NCBI GenBank assembly: GCA_964035545.1
Contig: OZ037765.1
Coordinates: 2,728,001-2,792,000, forward strand
Reading direction: 5' to 3'
From: Bugula neritina
Taxonomy: Eukaryota; Animalia; Bryozoa
Length of the DNA: 64,000 bases
Below the pieces are notes generated by a model. It had not been told where the DNA came from. It saw only the letters and a program-made list of their open reading frames with translations, and did no database searches. Below, piece by piece: positions 56,460 to 64,000 of the stretch (position 1 is the stretch's first letter; every line of letters starts with the position of its first letter). The translations under genes were made by a program, and so were the position numbers.

Positions 56460-58000
56460 GTATAGGTTGATGGTGGTGCAAGTGAAATTACATCTGGCAG
56501 GTGACATGCTAAATTTACTTAACTGTATTATTGTTTAAAAGTTTAGGCAAAATTATATTATTTGCCATTTGGCCGGACTGATAAATTGATTTTATAAGCT
56601 CTCAAACTCAATAATAAAATTGCAAGTATTTCTTTATTGCGAAATTAACTTTTAAAGTTTCAGCTATCATAGCATGCTTTAATTTGGATTGTTTATTGGA
56701 AGTAATGCATAAACAGAACATAAATCAATAAAAAGCCATTAGTTAATCAGGAGTTGGTGGGGCAAGTTGAACCAAAAATTGTGTTTTAGAACTTATGCTT
56801 TAAAGAAATTTAGTGTCAATCTGAGGATCAGCACTATAAAGGTCAATTATATGTTGCTGTCTTTGTTCGTTAAAATTAAACCCATATAGACATTTTATTT
56901 ATCAAGATATAGCCCATATTACTTTGCCTGTAAGTATTTTGGCACAGCTCACTGGTAGGGGGCAAGTTGAACTAGTGTCATTTATATTATAGTATGAGTT
57001 GTTTTAACTATTTAGCAAGTTGAAAGTGAATTTTTAAAAAATAACAATAAAATCATAAAAAAATTAAAATTAATTGGCAAAAACAAATAACTGAAACACT
57101 TGATGTGATCTGTCATTGTAACCATTTAACATCCCAAAGATAGGCGATGCAGAAGAAAGCTTTAAAACTCAAACAGCAAACGTGTTCAAAAGCTCTTTCT
57201 TTAATTCATCCCTGAACAAGTTACATATATGAAGTGAGGTTCTCTCACACATGACGTGGGAAAATACATGACAAAACCAACTTTCTTACGAGGCTGTTTA
57301 TGGATTCTCAACAATGGTACATAATTTGTGACACTGCCTTGAATTATCATATTAATTGCTGCATGTAATTAGGCTTCCCTTATTTACAGTTTTTTTACAA
57401 TTCTGAAAACATAAATTTGCAGAATATTAGAATTGCATTGTTGACCTAGATTTTCATTTGTTATAGGACTAAATGCATGTTTGTTTTTATATATTAGACA
57501 GAAAAAATAATTGAAAAAACAATATACTTAAATTTGCACACTGGTGTGCCAGCAATTGTAATGAACACAGTGAAAATAATTATCGGGGATCAAAGTTGTA
57601 CCTAGTTCAACTTGCCCCACTTCCTATGTGGTTCAACTATATATAGTCCCACACATTAATATGCTACAAATTATTGTCAATATCTGCTATGAGCTAGATA
57701 TCTCTGAATTTTTGAAATCATGTTGACAATATATATGCATGCCTAAATTTACTTGACTGGGCTAATTTAATTTGAGAAGCTATGCAACCTTTTATGGAAA
57801 AATGAATATTACTAATTTGATCTTCTTTTATGCAAACATTTGCAAAAATTCTAGCTTGCCTGAAAACTTTTGTGTTGACTTTATATTATATTGCAAGACA
57901 TCTAACAGTTTATTTACAAAGCTCTTAAGTGAAGGAGGTAAAATAGTGTAATAGTTCAAACAAGAAAATTTAAAACATCTGGTTCAACTAGCCCCCTTAT
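56460..58000. mobile_element. Probable non-autonomous DNA transposon with inverted subterminal repeats
   Basis: GGGGCAAGTTGAAC at about 56760 and 56960; reverse complements GTTCAACTTGCCCC at about 57605 and GTTCAACTAGCCCC at about 57982. Ends are approximate. Confidence 0.6.
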
Positions 58001-58793
58001 ATTATTATTTTGTTAATCATTCTATTAAACCAATGGTTTTAACTTATCACAAGCGATCATATTTTTACTTTGATTTTATGTTTTAAGTTATTTAATACTA
58101 TTATTATCTAGCAAATACTACATTGGCTGAGTTTCAACTGGTTTTTAAAACCAGCTGTTTTATATATGCATTTATATATATGCAGTTTATATATAGATGC
58201 ATTTATTATAGTTTATAAAATAAATACAATTTTTTCGTGTTTTTAGTATATTTTATCAAAGCAACTTGCATAACAATATTGCAGGGCATAATTTCACAGT
58301 ATCTCGTCCTCAGACATAACACTTATGTACCAATACGAGATACATTACATCATAATTAAATGTTGTCTATCGGCAAAAATTTTGCAGTAGCCAATCATAG
58401 TACTATAACAGGGCAGTCTGAGTGTAGTATCTCGTTTATCGGCATAATTATAATAGCCCGTAGTTGAAGATGGAGTTGGAAGCTTTTCAAATACCTCCCG
58501 CATATAATAGCATTTATGCTAGTCCTTAAAACTAAATAAACATTATGGTAGACCAATAATCATGAAAGCTCTACTCAGTTGTAACTGGAGGATTTGCAGC
58601 ACCACAATACTAAATTTCTTGCATTAGAGGTGCTTAGGCTGTGTTGTCATAGTTATATGTACTTATTGGGGCTTGGTATAAAATTAAACCTGACAATTAT
58701 AACGATTAAAGTATTATTGCTGTGGTTTCAACTGACCAACTTTGGAGTTATTATCTCGATTCTTTGTCAGGAATGGTTAGATAATTTCATGCA

Positions 58794-58853
58794 ATAATGA
58801 GTTTTGGCTTTATATCATTATAAATAATGAGTTTTGGCTTTATATCATTATAA
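58794..58853. repeat. 30-bp direct tandem duplication
   Basis: ataatgagttttggctttatatcattataa twice. Confidence 0.9.
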
Positions 58854-59549
58854 ATATCTACATTGATGGCAGCACTGAGCTAGAATTCTAATATCTTTTC
58901 AAGCTCATTGGGTGGCAGCTTATCAGCTAAATTTTATGCAGATATTGAATAATGTGGTTTGATAGTTATGCTATATTGTTAGGTTCACAAGCATCTTTAA
59001 AAAGTTATAATTATTGCGTTGACCATAGGTCAAAAAATTACCTAAAGAGAGGGCAGACAACTCCAAAAGATTGTTTTCGCAGAAGCAAGTAAAATTCAGC
59101 TAAACTGAATACTCCAACTGATCAACATTTTCATCTATTGAAATTGAAGAAAAGTTAAATATTATTATACTATTCTAATCATGAATAGGCACAAGCTAAA
59201 AAGATATTTATTTCAAAAAATATAAAAAGTAAAGTAACACAACAATGTTTGCAAACGCAGACCTAAAAATGTGAATATTCTAGCTTGAAATTAAGTCTGA
59301 AATTCAGACTTTTCTAGGTTGAATTGACTTTAATTGACTCACCAGAAAAAACAATTAATAAAATTATAAAGACAAGCATATAATGAAAACTGTAGTTCAT
59401 TAGCAAAACTGGAGTAAAGCACTTTTTTTCTAGAAATTGTTCGATTACATAATACATTTTTGTGCAAATGATATTTTTTAATGAAATGAAACTGTTGTAT
59501 TGTTTGGCTAGATGAAGTTTCAAAAGTATTTTTAATATTTTCTCAAATA

Positions 59550-61250
59550 AAGTAGACATGCACTCCATTTTCACATTTTTTGGCAAAACATATGATTGGG
59601 ATTCAGTAGTCAATCAGTTAAGCTTGACACAAGGAGTTGTCACATCCATCCCAAAGAACAAGACCATCTACAATAACAAACATGGAAAGTACTTAAAATT
59701 ACATTTAAGTTTACAATAATCCTTAAAATATATGTTGCCTTCTGCAAATGCTAAATAAAACACGATGTAATGCTATGTTTACTTAGACTAAATCTTGCTG
59801 ACTTACAATGAAATTCATTCATTTCAATTTGAAAATTCCTGTCAATAACTTGACTCTATGCTAACAACTAATTGTAATACCAAAATCACACTGCTACTTT
59901 TAGTTTCGGGAATTTATTTTCATTATTAGTTCAATATTCAGCAGAGGTTTTTCTTTAATGAACAAACAATAGGCATACATGCAGATGAAAGATTAGGTCT
60001 AGTGAATACTAATTTTGTGCCTAACAAAAAAAAAATGAAAGACTGCATGAAAAATTAACAACTCTAAAAAATTGCAATTTGAATGAGGCTCAGGCTTTTA
60101 GGTGAGCAAGAGTAACCAGAAGAGCTACTTTAATGGAAGAAATTACTGACTGATTGTGTAGTTGCAGGCTGCATGATGTGTTTTGATTGTCACAACCACT
60201 TTTGAAAAGGGAAAATCCATTAAATTAAGACTACTGGCAAACAACGGAACGATAAGGAAAAAATACCAAGTAGAAATTCACTTCTCAAAGCAAACTGTAG
60301 TTAATACATTATAGATGCTTAGAAGAAGCAGGCAATAGTGAATGCTATATAGTGTAGATCAGGATTCTATACAATGACAAGTAAACTGAAATTCCAGTGC
60401 ACTTTGAAACTACTTGTAAGAATGGGCTTAGTGCTTTGTAGTGCCTTGAAAATTTTTTCAAGTCTAATTGGCACCATGCTATTAGAATTCGCAGAGAGAT
60501 GACCCTTTAAACTTTCACTTTAAACTTTAATACCTTCACGATTTTCAGTAAGAAATTCAATTTATCTAGGTCTGAAATTTCACCGAGTTGCATTGTAAAA
60601 GCCGCTGGTCAAAATGTCTAGTTTGTGATAACTTAATCAGCTGATTTCAGAATAACAATCATTGGGAATGACATCTTCATGTAGATATAGATATTTATGC
60701 TTATAATTATATCGGCTGCCTTCATCAATCATCGATACTATGCTGCCAAATCAACTAATTAATTACAGTTGGAAACTTCAAAGGGCATTGAATAGCAATT
60801 AAGCAAGTTATACTTTTAATATTACAAAAAGAACTTATGCATCAATATGATTTAAAATATAGGTGGGCACTCCGCTAGTGATATTAACTGAAACTGGAAC
60901 TTTTTTCATGCAGGAAAAGCAACAACGCATCTCAACAGAAACCCAAAAATTTCCAGCACACTTTATGCTTTGACAACACGCACACAATAACTTTGTTTAT
61001 GGTACAAACCTTTTTGTTGATTGTTTTCCAACATTTTCACTAGAGCAAAGCCGAAAGAAATTTGGAAACTGCATAGTGATGCCAGCCACCGTGGCATCAT
61101 CTTCTCTGGAAAATTATTGACAAATCATCACCCAAAAACTTCAGCAAAGCCTCCATCAATAGTATGTAATACTTTAGGTGAAACTAAAAAGAAAGAGACA
61201 ATATTTTCGTGTAATTTAACCCATCAATAAACGCATCAATAGTTAGTGTG
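59550..61250 (-). mobile_element. Possible highly decayed hAT-like transposase remnant
   Basis: Minus-strand fragments resemble, in the expected order, a CxxC (about 60975), a TRWNS-like motif (FKVHWNF, about 60390-60410) and a hAT dimerisation G..T..R..L.D-like segment (about 59615-59665). No continuous frame. Confidence 0.3.
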
Positions 61251-62231
61251 GCCCCGGTTTAAACCTCATTAATTTCATGCTATTTAAGGCTTTTACAACT
61301 TAAAAGATGTAATTCATCTGCAAGAGAAATGTTAGGTATATGAAATGAGTAGAAGTGCAAAAGCAAGCAGGTATTAAGGAAGGACGAGTTAGTAGGTGTA
61401 CTTTGACTTGCGATAAATCAATGTGATACCAGATGTGAATTTTGAGGTGTGTTTACTCCAATCTTACTGAAAAGGTAGAAATAGCTAAATTTACGAGACA
61501 CACAATATTTTATAAAATACTGCACATTCATTAAAACTTTATAAAACTCTAGTGTGAAGGGTGACTCACACTTTTAAACCGTAGATGAGCTAAGTTGTAA
61601 AAGTTTGATGAGAACCTTTTACTCTATAAATTTATGCAATATAAAATACTCTCCACATATTCAACAGCTACGAAGTTTTGTTGAAGATAAACTTCCTCAA
61701 CAAATATACAGAAAAAAGCTATTTGAAAGCCAAATTTCATTAGCATATTATAAGATTATTTGTGTTTCATCTTTATAAACAATGATTTAGTCATTTAACG
61801 GATAACTAATGATTTCACTTAGTTTTTATTGAATGAAAAACAAAGTGTAGTTGGTATTAAAAACAGCTTTCATTTCTCACTTTTTTTCTCACCCTAATCT
61901 GCGTAGGCAAACAATTGGTTTGTTTCAAACACCACAACAGTAAAGCGTGACAGCATAGCCAGTGGATAAAACAATCATCTATACTGCTGGATCAGTGGCA
62001 ACTTGTGAGTGTGTCAGAGTAGTGTCTTGTTGTGTGACTCTACAAATAAATTATGAATTTGAATATACTACAAAGTTGCAAACATTGTTTTAACAAAACA
62101 CAGCATTTATTTGATATTATATGTAAAGCTCAAGTTGGTATAATATATATTAAATAAATTTTAGCTTTCCTTTTGGATACTCTGAAACAAAATAAAAAAA
62201 TAAACCAAAATTGGGTAAAGCCATGCAAACT

Positions 62232-62529
62232 AGAGAGAGAAAGAGAGTGGGAGAGGGGGGGTGGGAGAGAAAGGTTAGGAGAGAGGATGGAAGAGAGATG
62301 GGGTAGAAGAGAGAAAGGGAGAGAGTCAGAGAGATAGTGGAAAAGGGAAGAGAGAAAGGTTAGGAGAGAGAGAAGGTGGGAGAGACGGAGAGTGGGAGAG
62401 ATAGGGAGAAGGTGGGAGAGACAGAGGGTGGGAGAGAGGGAGGGTGGGAGAGAGGGAGAGAGGGAGAGAAAGAGAGAGAGGTTGAGTGGAAGGTGTGGGA
62501 GAAAGAGACAGAGAGAGGAGTGAGAGAGC
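62232..62529. repeat. Purine-rich (GA/GGA) low-complexity tract
   Basis: Almost pure G/A; source of the Leu/Ser/Pro ORFs. Confidence 0.93.
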
Positions 62530-64000
62530 TTCCAAACTAACACCATTGACTTAAAAAATGTTGATAAAAACTGCAGCAAGTCTTTAAAAACGATGCTAGC
62601 AAGTTCAAAGCTCACTATAACTTTCAAAATCAATAAAATGTCAAGTTCAAAAAACTTATCTGCGAGCAAAAAATAGTTACAGAGACAACCAGGTATTGGG
62701 CAAGAGCCAGCTAATAGGAGTACCTTTTTAGATAAACTGCATGCAGGCACAGTGAGATAGCATCGGTGAGTTGTGTCTTCATTTTAATTTCCTAAAAATG
62801 AACATAAACAAATGCTAGTAATGAAAGTTTTCAGGGTTATTAAGGGTGCAATTTTATCACTAAACATCATAGCAATAGCAAAAATTGCTCAGTACAAATT
62901 TAAGAAAAATTTCTTTCATCCATTACATAATATCCGAAATCAAATCCATTTATTCAATTCATCAAGCTGAAAAACCAAGAATAATCAGAAAGACAGTAAA
63001 ATCACTTTCTAGTAAAAAACAGCTTTAGATCATAATTGTTGGGTTCAGCTCTTAAGCTAAGACACTGATGCACTGAAATACGAAAAAGATCAGCATACTT
63101 TTGACTGTCACAAAATTTATTTTACGTGCAACAGACATTTTAAGGTCACCCGCCACCCGCGCAGGACCACATTGGTGAAAGGTGACCAGATATTTTAAGG
63201 TCAATCAAAATCAAGCAAAGTTCATCGTCATATTGCTTACTGCTTAATGCTGCAGCTTATTTTTGCTTACCAAGTTTCTTTCTGCAGAATAATTGTAGCT
63301 AGCTTCTCGATTTGCCATCTTTATTCCAGTCCAGGTTCAAATGACATCTTGATCGTTGCAAATATCCATGCAAGCTAAAAAATATTTATCAATCAGTACA
63401 ACAACAGAAATACTTACAATGATCCAAATATTACTATTACATTACTATAACATTACACAGTAACACTATGTTTATAATTGTAATACGGAAGCATGACTTT
63501 GTGGTAGTTTGATATGCTATAGCAAAAGGTAGAAAAATCAACTGAAAAACCGACAGAAATAATCAAGTACAATTAACTAAAGTAAATAAACTTACTGAAT
63601 AGTAAATATTTTACTATACTTAGTGAATTGATTTACTTCCACTAGGTTTACTTTCATGATTAAATGCTTCTGTCTATTTTCCAGCTTATAGGAATATATT
63701 AAAAGTGAAACCAATTATAATTACTATTACCTTATCTAGTTTTGACTATATATTTTTCACAAATATAAACATAGTTATATGCGTATTCCTATTGTGACTG
63801 CAGACACCATTGCGGTAACTGAAATCAAACTTCATTCTACTTCAAGTTTCAAACATTGTCCCAGTTCAAAGACTAACAAGTAAATAATTAATAACTGTGA
63901 AAGCTCCAATAAGTTACTTCATTATTAAATAAGATACAACTGATTCTACTGTATATGATACTATGGTATCTGTATTAAATTAAAACATAATTATGAAAAT

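Noticed and set aside
62130-62750. 206-aa minus-strand ORF
   Set aside because: Mostly the complement of a GA-rich low-complexity tract; no recognisable domain
63270-63376. Possible minus-strand exon (ttttag...ATGGCAAATCGAGAA.../gtaagc)
   Set aside because: Splice-like signals are present, but I could find no in-frame partner exons or recognisable protein

Overview
AT-rich, intron-containing animal (invertebrate-type) genomic DNA; the species cannot be identified from the sequence alone. Gene models below were assembled by hand from GT-AG splice sites and checked for phase. Contents in order: (1) a decayed RTE-type LINE with a nested solo-LTR-like insertion (1-2.7 kb); (2) two tandem minus-strand genes for secreted short-chain-collagen-C4-like proteins (2.9-7.1 kb, last exon not in the window; 12.9-17.6 kb, complete); (3) the main finding, a 13-coding-exon plus-strand gene (22912-31191, about 1212 aa) that joins LRRs, a Roc GTPase and a COR domain to a C-terminal caspase domain with an intact His/Cys dyad and no CARD/DED. 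This looks like a single-chain sensor-switch-protease; (4) a remnant paralog of that gene (about 33.6-38.6 kb) lacking both the LRR-Roc-COR block and the catalytic caspase exons; (5) a small type-I membrane protein gene with three PY motifs (39.9-45.5 kb); (6) a Sidestep/nephrin-like gene with 7 Ig domains, 1 FN3 domain and a GPI-like C-terminus (46.5-55.6 kb). There are also tRNA-derived SINE heads, MITEs, fold-back palindromes and many microsatellites. Most ORFs in the supplied track are microsatellite or antisense artefacts.
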